In this document: positions 38,001 through 50,802 of the stretch, in pieces
Layout of the letters: each line of letters begins with the position of its first letter
Numbering within the stretch: the stretch's first letter is position 1
Assembly: GCA_032718475.1 (NCBI GenBank)
Contig: JAUCBJ010002187.1
Span: forward strand, 1 to 64,000
Direction: 5' to 3'
From: Nemertoderma westbladi
Lineage: Eukaryota; Animalia; Xenacoelomorpha
Length of the DNA stretch: 64,000 nucleotides
Program-made: the position numbers and the translations under genes
Notes under the pieces: generated by a model
Databases searched by the model: none
What the model saw: the letters and a program-made list of their open reading frames with translations, nothing else
Told to the model about the DNA's origin: nothing

Positions 38001-41000
38001 CCAACCTCCTAACCCAAACAACGCCCAATCTCCTAACCCAAACAACGCCCAATCTTCTAACCCAAACAACGCCCAACCTCCTAACCCAAACAACGCCCAA
38101 CCTCCTAACCCAAAAAACGCCTAATCTTCTAACCCAAACAACGCCCAACCTCCTAACCCTAATAACGCCCAACCTCCTAACCCAAACAACGCCCAACCTC
38201 CTAACCCAAACAACGCCCAATATTCTAACCCAAACAACGCCCAATCTCCTAACCCAAACAACGCCCAACCTCCTAACCCAAACAACGCCCAACCTCCTAA
38301 CCCAAACAACGCCCAGCCTCCTAACCCAAACAACGCCCAACCTCCTAACCCAAACAACGCCCAACCTCCTAACCCAAACAACGCCCAACCTCCTAACCCA
38401 AACAACACCCAACCTCCTAACCCAAACAACGCCCAACCTCCTAACCCAAATAACGCCCAATCTTCTAACCCAAACAACGCCCAACCTCCTAACCCAAACA
38501 ACGCCTAACCTCCTAACCCAAACAACGCCCAACCCCCATACCCAAACAACGCCCAACCTCCTAACCCAAACAACGCCCAACCTTCTAACCCAAACAACGC
38601 CCAACCTCCTAACCCAAACAACGCCCAACCTCCTAAGCCAAACAACGCCCAACCTCCTAACCCAAACAACGCCCAACCTTCTAACCCAAACAACGCCCAA
38701 CCTCCTAACCCAAACAACGCCCAGCCTCCTAATCCAAACAACGCCCAACCTCCTAACCCAAACAACGCCCAACCTCCTAACCCAAACAACGCCCAACCTC
38801 CTAACCCAAACAACGCCCAACCTCCTAACCCAAACAACGCCCAACCTCCTAACCCAAACAACGCCCAACCTCCTAACCCAAACAACGCCCAACCTCCTAA
38901 CCCAAACAACGCACAACCTCCTAACCCAAACAACGCCCAATCTTCTAACCCAAACAACGCCCAGCCTCCTAACCCAAATAACGCCCAACCTCCTAACCCA
39001 AACAACGCCCAACCTCCTAACCCAAACAACGCCCAACCTCCTAACCCAAACAACGCCCAACCTCCTAACCCAAACAACGCCCAGCCTCCTAACCCAAACA
39101 ACGCCCAATCTTCTAACCCAAACAACGCCCAGCCTCCTAACCCAAATAACGCCCAACCTCCTAACCCAAACAACGCCCAACCTCCTAACCCAAACAACGC
39201 CCAACCTCCTAAACCAAACAACGCCCAACCTCCTAACCCAAACAACGCCCAACCTCCTAACCCAAACAACGCCCAACCTCCTAAACCAAACAACGCCCAA
39301 TCTTCTAACCCAAACAACGCCCAGCCTCCTAACCCAAATAACGCCCAACCTCCTAACCCAAACAACGCCCAACCTCCTAACCCAAACAACGTCCAACCTC
39401 CTAACCCAAACAACGCCCAACCTCCTAACCCAAACAACGCCCAGCCTCCTAACCCAAACAACGCCCAATCTTCTAACCCAAACAACGCCTAACCTCCTAA
39501 CCTAAACAACGCCCAACCTCCTAACCCAAACAACGCCCAATCTTCTAACCCAAACAACGCCCAATCTTCTAACCCAAACAACGCCCAACCTCCTAACCCA
39601 AACAACGCCCAACCTCTTAACCCAAACAACGCCCAACCTCCTAACCCAAACAACGCCCAATCTCCTAACCCAAACAACGCCCAATCTTCTAACCCAAACA
39701 ACGCCCAACCTCCTAACCCAAACAACGCCCAACCTCCTAACCCAAAAAACGCCTAATCTTCTAACCCAAACAACGCCCAACCTCCTAACCCTAATAACGC
39801 CCAACCTCCTAACCCAAACAACGCCCAACCTCCTAACCCAAACAACGCCCAATATTCTAACCCAAACAACGCCCAATCTCCTAACCCAAACAACGCCCAA
39901 CCTCCTAACCCAAACAACGCCCAACCTCCTAACCCAAACAACGCCCAGCCTCCTAACCCAAACAACGCCCAACCTCCTAACCCAAACAACGCCCAACCTC
40001 CTAACCCAAACAACGCCCAACCACCTAACCCAAACAACACCCAACCTCCTAACCCAAACAACGCCCAACCTCCTAACCCAAATAACGCCCAATCTTCTAA
40101 CCCAAACAACGCCCAACCTCCTAACCCAAACAACGCCTAACCTCCTAACCCAAACAACGCCCAACCCCCATACCCAAACAACGCCCAACCTCCTAACCCA
40201 AACAACGCCCAACCTTCTAACCCAAACAACGCCCAACCTCCTAACCCAAACAACGCCCAACCTCCTAAGCCAAACAACGCCCAACCTTCTAACCCAAACA
40301 ACGCCCAACCTCCTAACCCAAACAACGCCCAACCTCCTAACCCAAACAACGCCCAACCTCCTAACCCAAACAACGCCCAGCCTCCTAACCCAAACAACGC
40401 CCAACCTCCTAACCCAAACAACGCCCAACCTCCTAACCCAAACAACGCCCAACCTCCTAACCCAAACAACGCCCAACCTCCTAACCCAAACAACGCCCAA
40501 CCTCCTAACCAAACAACGCCCAACCTCCTAACCCAAACAACGCCCAACCTCATAACCCAAACAACGTCTAACCTCCTAACCCAAACAACGCCCAACCTCC
40601 TAACCCAAATAACGCCCAACCTCCTAACCCAAACAACGCCCAACCTCCTAACCCAAACTACGCCCAGCCTCCTAACCCAAACAACGCGCAATCTTCTAAC
40701 CCAAACAACGCCCAATCTTCTAACCCAAACAACGCCCAACCTCCTAACACAAACAACGCCCAACCTCCTAACCCAAACAACGCCCAACCTCCTAACCCAA
40801 TCAACGTCCAACCTCCTAACCCAAACAACGCCAACCTCCTAACCCAAACAACGCCCAGCCTCCTATCCCAAACAACGCCCAATCTTCTAACCCAAACAAC
40901 GCCCAAACTCCTAACCCAAACAACGCCCAACCTCCCAACCCAAACAACGCCCAACCTCCTAACCCAAACAACACCCAGCCTCCTAACCCAAACAACGCCC

Positions 41001-43505
41001 AACCTCCTAACCCAAACAACGCCCAACCTCCAAACCCAATCAACGTCCAACCTCCTAACCCAAACAACGCCCAACCTCCTAACCCAAACAACGCCCAACC
41101 TCCTAACCCAATCAACGTCCAACCTCCTAACCCAAACAACGCCCAACCTCCTAACCCAAACAACGCACAACCTCCTAACCCAAACAACGCCCAACCTCCT
41201 AACCCAAACAACGCCCAACCTCCTAACCCAAACAACACCCAACCTCCAAACCCAAACAACGCCCAACCTCCTAACCCAAATAACGCCCAATCTTCTAACC
41301 CAAACAACGCCCAACCTCCTAACCCAAACAACGCCTAACCTCCTAACTCAAACAACGCCCAACCCCCATACCCAAACAACGCCCAACCTCCTAACCCAAA
41401 CAACGCCCAACCTTCTAACCCAAACAACGCCCAACCTCCTAACCCAAACAACGCCCAACCTTCTAACCCAAACAACGCCCAACCTCCTAACCCAAACAAC
41501 GCCCAGCCTCCTAATCCAAACAACGCCCAACCTCCTAACCCAAACAACGCCCAACCTCCTAACCCAAACAACGCCCAACCTCCTCACCCAAACAACGCCC
41601 AACCTCCTAACCCAAACAACGCCCAACCTCCTAACCCAAACAACGCCCAACCTCCTAACCCAAACAACGCCCAACCTCCTAACCCAAACAACGCACAACC
41701 TCCTAACCCAAACAACGCCCAATCTTCTAACCCAAACAACGCCCAGCCTCCTAACCCAAATAACGCCCAACCTCCTAACCCAAACAACGCCCAACCTCCT
41801 AACCCAAACAACGCCCAACCTCCTAACCCAAACAACGCCCAACCTCCTAACCCAAACAACGCCCAGCCTCCTAACCCAAACAACGCCCAATCTTCTAACC
41901 CAAACAACGCCCAGCATCCTAACCCAAATAACGCCCAACCTCCTAACCCAAACAACGCCCAACCTCCTAACCCAAACAACGCCCAACCTCCTAAACCAAA
42001 CAACGCCCAACCTCCTAACCCAAACAACGCCCAACCTCCTAACCCAAACAACGCCCAACCTCCTAACCCAAACAACGCCCAATCTTCTAACCCAAACAAC
42101 GCCCAGCCTCCTAACCCAAATAACGCCCAACCTCCTAACCCAAACAACGCCCAACCTCCTAACCCAAACAACGTCCAACCTCCTAACCCAAACAACGCCC
42201 AACCTCCTAACCCAAACAACGCCCAGCCTCCTAACCCAAACAACGCCCAATCTTCTAACCCAAACAACGCCTAACCTCCTAACCTAAACAACGCCCAACC
42301 TCCTAACCCAAACAACGCCCAATCTTCTAACCCAAACAACGCCCAATCTTCTAACCCAAACAACGCCCAACCTCCTAACCCAAACAACGCCCAACCTCTT
42401 AACCCAAACAACGCCCAACCTCCTAACCCAAACAACGCCCAATCTCCTAACCCAAACAACGCCCAATCTTCTAACCCAAACAACGCCCAACCTCCTAACC
42501 CAAACAACGCCCAACCTCCTAACCCAAAAAACGCCTAATCTTCTAACCCAAACAACGCCCAACCTCCTAACCCTAATAACGCCCAACCTCCTAACCCAAA
42601 CAACGCCCAACCTCCTAACCCAAACAACGCCCAATATTCTAACCCAAACAACGCCCAATCTCCTAACCCAAACAACGCCCAACCTCCTAACCCAAACAAC
42701 GCCCAACCTCCTAACCCAAACAACGCCCAGCCTCCTAACCCAAACAACGCCCAACCTCCTAACCCAAACAACGCCCAACCTCCTAACCCAAACAACGCCC
42801 AACCTCCTAACCCAAACAACACCCAACCTCCTAACCCAAACAACGCCCAACCTCCTAACTCAAATAACGCCCAATCTTCTAACCCAAACAACGCCCAACC
42901 TCCTAACCCAAACAACGCCTAACCTCCTAACCCAAACAACGCCCAACCCCCATACCCAAACAATGCCCAACCTCCTAACCCAAACAACGCCCAACCTTCT
43001 AACCCAAACAACGCCCAACCTCCTAACCCAAACAACGCCCAACCTCCTAAGCCAAACAACGCCCAACCTTCTAACCCAAACAACGCCCAACCTCCTAACC
43101 CAAACAACGCCCAACCTCCTAACCCAAACAACGCCCAACCTCCTAACCCAAACAACGCCCAGCCTCCTAACCCAAACAACGCCCAACCTCCTAACCCAAA
43201 CAACGCCCAACCTCCTAACCCAAACAACGCCCAACCTCCTAACCCAAACAACGCCCAACCTCCTAACCCAAACAACGCCCAACCTCCTAACCAAACAACG
43301 CCCAACCTCCTAACCCAAACAACGCCCAACCTCATAACCCAAACAACGTCTAACCTCCTAACCCAAACAACGCCCAACCTCCTAACCCAAATAACGCCCA
43401 ACCTCCTAACCCAAACAACGCCCAACCTCCTAAACCAAACTACGCCCAGCCTCCTAACCCAAACAACGCCCAACTTCCTAACCCAAACAACGCCCAACCT
43501 CCAAC
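35033..43505 (+). repeat. 24-bp C-rich minisatellite (CTAACCCAAACAACGCCCAACCTC), ~350 copies, with one TAACCC telomere-like hexamer per unit
   Basis: Directly visible; rare variants recur at 1632- and 2782-bp spacing. Confidence 0.97.
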
Positions 43506-44047
43506 CAAATTAACTGGTCTTGTATTTGGTGTGAAAATGGCATAATTTACATTCAGTCAGTCATTCGAACTAATGCATTGGAACTAAATCGATTGGAATT
43601 AAGTTCGATTTATAACATCAATTTTGGAACTAAATTCGTTTCAATTGGAACTAAGTTCGTGATACCGTTCTAGCCTGTTATCTTGTAACAACACCCTTAT
43701 GCCATGTTTTTTACGTTTTTATATACGAAAGTAAAAAGCCAGGTTACGGTTCATTTTTTGCTCGCATTGAAAATTTTTATTTAACTTACATTTTTATTAA
43801 TTGAAATAAAAAGACAAAGATAAAAATGACACATGTGAAGAATTATTGGATTTTGTTAATCTCATGACGAAAACCATGTTGGGCTAGTTTGAAATAAACA
43901 TTTTCTTTTTTAAGCAAGTTTTTTCATTTTTTTTTCTGAGTTCCCATAACCATATTGTACAATTGTAAAATTAACAAGTCCTACCGAGTGCGTAAATTTT
44001 ACAGGGTACGTCAATTATTATTCTTATTGATATTGTAAATATATTTA

Positions 44048-44311
44048 TTAATCTAGAACACATTGGGTGCATTTTACGGCATAATGTTCGCATTCATCAT
44101 TGTTTGCGGGAACATTGTCACAAAAATCCACCGAAAGACTAGAATATACAGAAACCTGGAAGCAACAACTCGAGCAATGTGTTTGGCAGTCTCCATTGAG
44201 AACTGATGGACAAGTCCTTTCGCAGTGCGTGTTGCAATCATCTATACATTCGCTGTTGACAGCAATTATGAAGGTTATCAACAGGAAAGAGCATAAATTA
44301 TTGAATATCAT
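44048..44311 (-). CDS. Small secreted cysteine-rich peptide (87 aa, 12 Cys in the mature part)
   Basis: ATG at 44311. MIFNNLCSFLLITFIIAVNS looks like a signal peptide (hydrophobic core, V-x-S cleavage), followed by ECIDDCNTHCERTCPSVLNGDCQTHCSSCCFQ...FCDNVPANNDECEHYAVKCTQCVLD and a stop. Confidence 0.6.
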   Translation of the reverse strand: MIFNNLCSFLLITFIIAVNSECIDDCNTHCERTCPSVLNGDCQTHCSSCCFQVSVYSSLSVDFCDNVPANNDECEHYAVKCTQCVLD

Positions 44312-45508
44312 TGTGCAATTATAAGTTAACTTTTTATGACAAAATAATACTGTAAATCCCTCTGTGGAAATGATAAAACAAAATGGGTACAATTATTTCG
44401 ACCAAATTAAATAACGCCCAAGTTTGAAGGGTTAAGTATACTAATCAATCAGTTTATATTAAAAAGATGCACTGGGGAGGAACTTATTGGACGCAGCCTC
44501 GCTATTATAATAAAGTTGTTGGAGGAGGAGGACTGGTAGAGGCGCTGGTTCCGAATACACACGGAGTGGTGAGAGAATTGTCCGACTCTCGAGTGGAGTT
44601 TTATTAAATCGCAGCTTGAAAAAGTTTACAGGGAATTTATAAATAAAGTTGATTTCATTCAGAAATTTCTTCATCTCTTTTTACTCGACCAACGAACTTT
44701 AAACATTTCGTTGACAAATAGAGCTAATCTAAACTACACATAGCCACGTCTAAAATACACTAAAAGGATAACTTATTAATGTTACATAAACAGAGTTTAC
44801 AAATGAGTTTAGAATCAATTATTTATGGCTATTATATGTAATATTAAAGGTGAATTAATTTGGAGCCCGCGCACTGTAATATAACACTATGTAATATAAT
44901 TCACATCTTCATATGAATTAGAATCTCGGGGTCTTTTAACTTAGGAGATTAAAGGACACTGAATTAGCAGATAAAGAGCGCCAATCTACAGAAACGAGTT
45001 GGAAATCCTGGGCGCTATTATACAGCTAGACAGGTGGAGACGGAGTTTTCCATATCCACATCGATATAAACAAACGCTTACTCTATATAGCCTTTTACAG
45101 GTTTTAAAGGCTTTACTAGCCTACATTCAATTCATTCTCTTATAACCCAACCCAAACCCATCCCCATTCATATATTACATATATAATTATTTGATCACAA
45201 TAATCCCGAGTTTGTGTTTGAAAATGTTATGATAAGAAAGTTCGGTAAGCCATCCACGTTGTATTTATAAATAGTTTTAAATCAATTATATGTATTTAAC
45301 AATAATTATTACAACTAACTTTAAATCATTTACCAGTAGCACATCAAACAGAGATATTCTTACAACATTAACAAAATGTACCATTAAACCTTTAGTTTCA
45401 TTTTCTATATAATGAAATGAAAAGGAAACGGAATTATTCGCCAAAAGACACACGTAAGTTTCAAATACAGCTGATTAGACAGCCAGATAGTTTATGTTAA
45501 GAAGAAAA

Positions 45509-46417
45509 ATAACCAGAGCTCAACCAGGACTCAACTCACTGCAAAATAACCAGAGCTCAACCAGGACTCAACTCACTCCACCAATAACCAGAGCTCAACC
45601 AGGACTCAACTCACTCCACCAATAACCAGAGCTCAACAAGGACTCAACTCACTCCACCAATAACCAGAGCTCAACAAGGACTCAACTCACTCCACCAATA
45701 ACCAGAGCTCAACCAGGACTCAACTCACTCCACCAATAACCAGAGCTCAACCAGGACTCAACTCACTCCACCAATAACCAGAGCTCAACCAGGACTCAAC
45801 TCACTCCACCAATAACCAGAGCTCAACCAGGACTCAACTCACTCCCCCAATAACCAGAGCTCAACCAGGACTCAACTCACTCCACCAATAACCAGAGCTC
45901 AACCAGGACGCAACTCACTCCACCAATAACCAGAGCTCAACCAGGACTCAACTCACTCCACCAATAACCAGAGCTCAACCAGGACTCAACTCACTCCACC
46001 AATAACCAGAGCTCAACCAGGACTCAACTCACTCCACCAATAACCAGAGCTCAACCAGGACTCAACTCACTCCACCAATAACCAGAGCTCAACCAGGACT
46101 CAACTCACTCCACCAATAACCAGAGCTCAACCAGGACTCAACTCACTCCACCAATAACCAGAGCTCAACCAGGACTCAACTCACTCCACCAATAACCAGA
46201 GCTCAACCAGGACTCAACTCACTCCACCAATAACCAGAGCTCAACAAGGACTCAACTCACTCCACCAATAACCAGAGCTCAACCAGGACTCAACTCACTC
46301 CACCAATAACCAGAGCTCAACCAGGACTCAACTCACTCCACCAATAACCAGAGCTCAACCAGGACTCAACTCACTCCACCAATAACCAGAGCTCAACCAG
46401 GACTCAACTCACTCCAC
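45509..46417 (+). repeat. 38-bp minisatellite (TAACCAGAGCTCAACCAGGACTCAACTCACTCCACCAA), ~24 near-identical copies
   Basis: Directly visible; 38-bp period; no spacers. Confidence 0.95.
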
Positions 46418-47042
46418 CTGAAATTTCGAATTAAAAAAGCGACTTTTTCGTGATATGCATATTTTATATAATTTATAAATTTATCTATAGTAATTTACAA
46501 TTTATTCACGAGCGAAAAGTGTTTTAAATAGTAATTAATAGTTAAGTTAAATTTAATATGTTCGGTAAAACTTAACTGTATTTCGGTGACATAAAGTACA
46601 GCTGAGATATCGGGCTGGTCCTTCAAAGTTACATTATCGTGATACACTCGAGACGCTATACTATGCGGAGGTCTGCCTATAAGTCGGTAAGCAGCAAGTA
46701 ATGAATAACTTTAGCAGCAACTGGATGTAAGTTTCTGTGTGTGAGGAACTGAGACACTCCGTACTGCAGCATTTATATAAAGTGATATTCCCTAGTTAGC
46801 CATATTTTTAAAGACTCCAATTACATTCCATTTATATACTATCTATATTTTATAATTTATGTGTTTCAATATATTATTAAATACATGACTGGACTAGTTA
46901 ATTATTTATTTGAAAATAATTATTATTCTTGAGCAACAAGTTTGCCGTCGTATGAGGAGTCTATATTAACAAGCTGCATACACAAGTTGCTGTGTGTGAC
47001 TAACTGGGGCCTTACAAACAGGAGACTTTGTTATGTATTGCT

Positions 47043-47048
47043 ATAGAG

Positions 47049-47079
<31 letters not shown>

Positions 47080-48011
47080 TGGACGCAAAACCCGCCTTGG
47101 CGAATTAATATCCCGCCTCAATGTTAAATTCTCAATTTAGGGAAAGGAGCAGGTTACAGTGGAATGTTATTTTAACCAAAACAATAAACTAAGCACAATA
47201 GAACAGGTTACAGTTTTATTTTAGAGAGTAATCAGCTGTTATTTGCGTCGAATTTCCGCTGGAGAGGGATGAATTTGTATTGCGTCCAGTTTCCCCCCCT
47301 ATCTGATGTTATATATATGTTATTTATCGTACGCAGTTGTTGCAATAACGGCAATTGATACTAATAGATACTAATTGTATCAATATACCCCGGAAACCCC
47401 TATGTCTGACATAATGTAACAAAATTACGTACATTATTGTAAGAAAAGGCCACCTTATCTGCGTTAAAGAACCTCATGAACATGAAGAAACCTCCCTAGC
47501 TGCGGTCGCTTTGGTATATAAATAACACATTCGGGACATAACATTGGAAAGTGCTACTTATCACACAGTAGTTAGGTTAATGTTATAAATAATATTGTTG
47601 TAATTAGTTATTCATTAGATCAAGGCTATATTTAATAACAAAATCTTAAAGTACCGGTAATTAATAATAAAAAAAAAACAATATTAAATTTTTTATTTTT
47701 GTCTGTGTCATTATATAAAATGCAGATAGGGGAGGGGGAGGGGAGGGGGATGGGGGGGGGGGGGGGGGGGGCGATCAAATTCATCCCTCTCCAGGGGAAT
47801 TTCGACGCAAATAACAGCTGATTACTCCCAAAAATAAAACCTATAACCTGTCCTATTGACTTTAGTTAATTGTTTTGGTTAGAACGACGTGCTACTGTAA
47901 CCTGCTCCTTTCCCTAAATTGGTAATAATTTAACATTGAGGCGGGATATTAATTAGCCGAGATGGGATTTGCGTCAAGTCATCCTCCCCCCCCCCCCCCC
48001 TACCCTATCTC
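47043..48011. mobile_element. Two inverted copies of a ~260-290-bp MITE (47043-47305 and 47722-48011)
   Basis: The arms are reverse complements (GAGTAATCAGCTGTTATTTGCGTCGAA vs TTCGACGCAAATAACAGCTGATTACTC). Each arm has its own termini GA(T/C)AGGGG..GACGCAA / TTGCGTC..CCCCTATC. Confidence 0.7.
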
Positions 48012-48048
48012 ATAAAATTACTTTTTTAAGGGTCACTCTAAAAACAAC

Positions 48049-48285
48049 TCTGCCGTGCAATGTAAAAAGGCCGTAAGTTGCAACATATACTATTAAAGGA
48101 AAAAGACAGTAAGTGCAATACAAAAGATCGCAACTACTTAACTTTATACAAAAAAACAGGAGAGTTATAAAAACTTAGCAATTAACGGACATTTTAAACC
48201 AACAATCTTAGGGCAAAACCTAATTTGCTTTTTCTCGAAATAATTTTTTTTTTACTTAAAAGGTCTTTTCACATTGCACGGCAGA
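48049..48285. mobile_element. MITE (~237 bp)
   Basis: 24-bp TIR TCTGCCGTGCAATGTAAAAAGGCC vs GGTCTTTTCACATTGCACGGCAGA (2 mismatches). Confidence 0.65.
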
Positions 48286-49187
48286 CATTTATTGTTACTG
48301 TTGGTCGGCTGATCTGAATATCGCTAAATGTACCTAAAATAAATAAAAGCTAATTAGCCATAAAAATCTTAGTTAACAAATCAGCCTGTGCATGATCTAT
48401 AGTTATTTATAAATATGGCAACATAGCCTCTAATGACTACAGTCGGTTGGTGATACAAACACGGAGGAAAGACTGAAACGTCTGCTAAAAGACAATCAAT
48501 AATCCTTTAATGTAGATGAATAATTGGGGGGTTATGTCTGATTACAAACTGTTCAAGTGGTGCGTTGTTTACAAATACTTTATATTATTAGTAGAAATTA
48601 GTTTTTTTTATTCAGTGAAAATAATTTTACTCTGAAATTGTGCTCTATGGCAAAAAGAAAGCGTTTTAATAGAGCTTCTTAACTAGTTAGAAATTAAAAA
48701 AATGTTTGTTCTTGAATTAAAAAAAAAATTCTTAATATTAAAATAAGATATTATTTCGACAAAGTAGCGATTTTAAAATGAAGTATTTTAAGAATGCCAC
48801 TTCCTCAGTAAATACCATTAAATCGTTTAGAATAACTTTAATACGCTAACGTTTCGATATTGGAGTAAAACATTATGTTATTGGCGTCGCGAAATCCCCA
48901 AAAGGTATAAAAAAGGTAAAAAAACGTTTCCAGGTGGAACGATTGAAAAATTAGTTAATGAGAAATCTAAAGAAAGACAAAAGTAAAAACAAACAATACA
49001 GAAAAAATGTAGTAAAAATCTTAAATGAATAATTCCCAAAGCTGATGTAAAGCAATCCGTATAAAGTTATCGCTTCAGCCTCCAATTACTATATGTACCA
49101 TTCGTTTCTATATCGACGATTAAATTTGGCTGAAAGTCACTCCAATTTGGTGATTTAGTTAGTTAGTTAAATAAATTAGTTGCCGTT

Positions 49188-49260
49188 TTAAATGTGGAAT
49201 AAATCTTTAGTGTTGCTTCTAACGGCGTCGAGAACCTCAGTGAGAGAAACGTTGCGATAT
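49188..49260 (-). CDS. TATDN2: TatD-family nuclease, last exon
   Basis: TTTTTACAG| acceptor, phase 2. Reads (A)YRNVSLTEVLDAVRSNTKDLFHI then stop, the typical TatD C-terminal N...LF helix. Confidence 0.8.
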
Positions 49261-49448
49261 CTGTAAAAAAGTGAGAAAATACGGGGAAATAAATTGGTGC
49301 AGAATGGACGTTAGATGGATGGTGATCAAAGGACATAGAAGAATGGACAGAGATGCCTGCATAGAGATAAATAAACCGATTGGATGGACAGAGTTCAATG
49401 GCCGGTGTTGAATGGACTAAGGAAAATTGACAGTGAGTTAATACTTAC

Positions 49449-49611
49449 GCTGCTATCTTCTCGGCAACACAAATAGCGTGTTGAGGTTCACTAGATGAAC
49501 ATGGAAACTGCCTCAACGGACTGAAATAGGGCGAATCTGTTTCTAATAGCAGACGGTTTAGAGGGACAGCCCTGACTGACTCTGGGGCCCAGGTAGCAGC
49601 GATGGGGAACC
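49449..49611 (-). CDS. TATDN2: TatD-family nuclease exon (ETDSP motif)
   Basis: CTCTTAG| acceptor, GC|GTAAGT donor. Reads VRAVPLNRLLLETDSPYF...P.HAICVAEKIA. Confidence 0.9.
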
Positions 49612-50110
49612 CTAAGAGATAAATAAACAAAACATTCGCTAAATAAAAGTTTCTACGTCCCAAGTATAAGGTAACGGATTCAGTACTGCATCAACCTACA
49701 ACATGTGAGCAATAAATCTGAGCAAATCCCGCCATTGATGCAGCTGGTGATGCATGCAGTTTGCAGCAATGTCAGAATCATATTCCTAAAATTACTGTAA
49801 AAAAAGATTATTATTAAGTCCTGAATCCCATGAATAAGCCACTATTCCCTCCCTTTAAACCATATTTCACATTTCAATGTAAAATATAATATGAATTTCT
49901 ATATATATAATTTACAACTGAATCTCCAGTCTGATAGACTAGCTGCTTGGATGGCGCACCTTGAGAAACTGACTGAATAATAATTGAGTGCTGGCTGATA
50001 ACTAAACTGTGGGTCTTCCACAGCGCAGGAACAGATCCGACATACAATGCAGCCATGAATTAGGGATTTAATAATAGCGAACGGTGTAAAGTGTTGCGTT
50101 CGTTTCTCAC

Positions 50111-50262
50111 CTATAACGTTAGTGAATCCGAAATACATATTGGGAAAGGTTTGTAGAAGACCCCTGGCTGTGACAGCGTCGCCTGTGTAACAATGGCGAT
50201 GGATGGGCCAATCACGAGGTAGCTTCTCTTCTAGAATATTCTTACAGTCCTCCTCTGCGTTG
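50111..50262 (-). CDS. TATDN2: TatD-family nuclease exon (HRHCYTG motif)
   Basis: TTTTACAG| acceptor, G|GTGAGA donor. Reads (R)NAEEDCKNILEEKLPRDWPIHRHCYTG...FPNMYFGFT, closely resembling TATDN2-type IHRHCFTG...FPN..GFT. Confidence 0.9.
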
Positions 50263-50473
50263 CTGTAAAATAATTAATAGTGTTCTGAACCAATGTCGTC
50301 GGGAAATAATACATAATTATTACATTAAATAACAATATAGTACCAAAATTTATATCAAAAATTGAAAAGCCTTAGATGGAGTTATACGTTCTTTCAGGGA
50401 TAATTTTGATTTTGCGCCTTTTATAATATTTTTTATATTATAGATTGCAATAAATATCGTTCGCCACATATTA

Positions 50474-50636
50474 TATTTAATAAATACACAACATTCTAGA
50501 ACGTTATATACATCTCAGGAATGCGTGTGTTACAACGGTATACAATTAATACAATGTACTTGTACTATTGAAAAGCTACACTAAAACACTACACTGTTCC
50601 TAAAAATGTTCCAGAACGTTGTGTGATTATTAAATA
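50474..50636. mobile_element. Small MITE-like inverted repeat in intron
   Basis: TATTTAATAAATACACAACATTCTAGAACGTT vs AATGTTCCAGAACGTTGTGTGATTATTAAATA (imperfect ~32-bp TIR). Confidence 0.5.
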
Positions 50637-50802
50637 GAATGAAAAAAGTTATACTTTTTACCCCAAGTAATAAATAATATTTTTATAGCATCATGTTAAT
50701 AAGTGAAAATGTAGCGATTATTAAACAAAATTACGAATTATTAGAAAATATTAATGCACTACCCGTACCAACCTATCGATAGTAAAATATGATAACGACA
50801 AC

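Noticed and set aside
34840-43497. GVVWVRRL / WALFGLGG repeat ORFs
   Set aside because: Frames of the 24-bp satellite; point variants break them at random.
35033-43505. True telomere or interstitial (TTAGGG)n tract
   Set aside because: Only one TAACCC per 24-bp unit and never tandem hexamers; genes lie on both sides.
44459-44674. 71-aa ATG ORF upstream of the Cys-rich peptide
   Set aside because: No motif or clear splice support; could be UTR or non-coding sequence.
13396-46417. CRISPR-like appearance of the 36-bp hairpin-containing array and the 38-bp array
   Set aside because: Units are head to tail with no unique spacers, there are no cas genes, and the context is a spliced eukaryotic genome.
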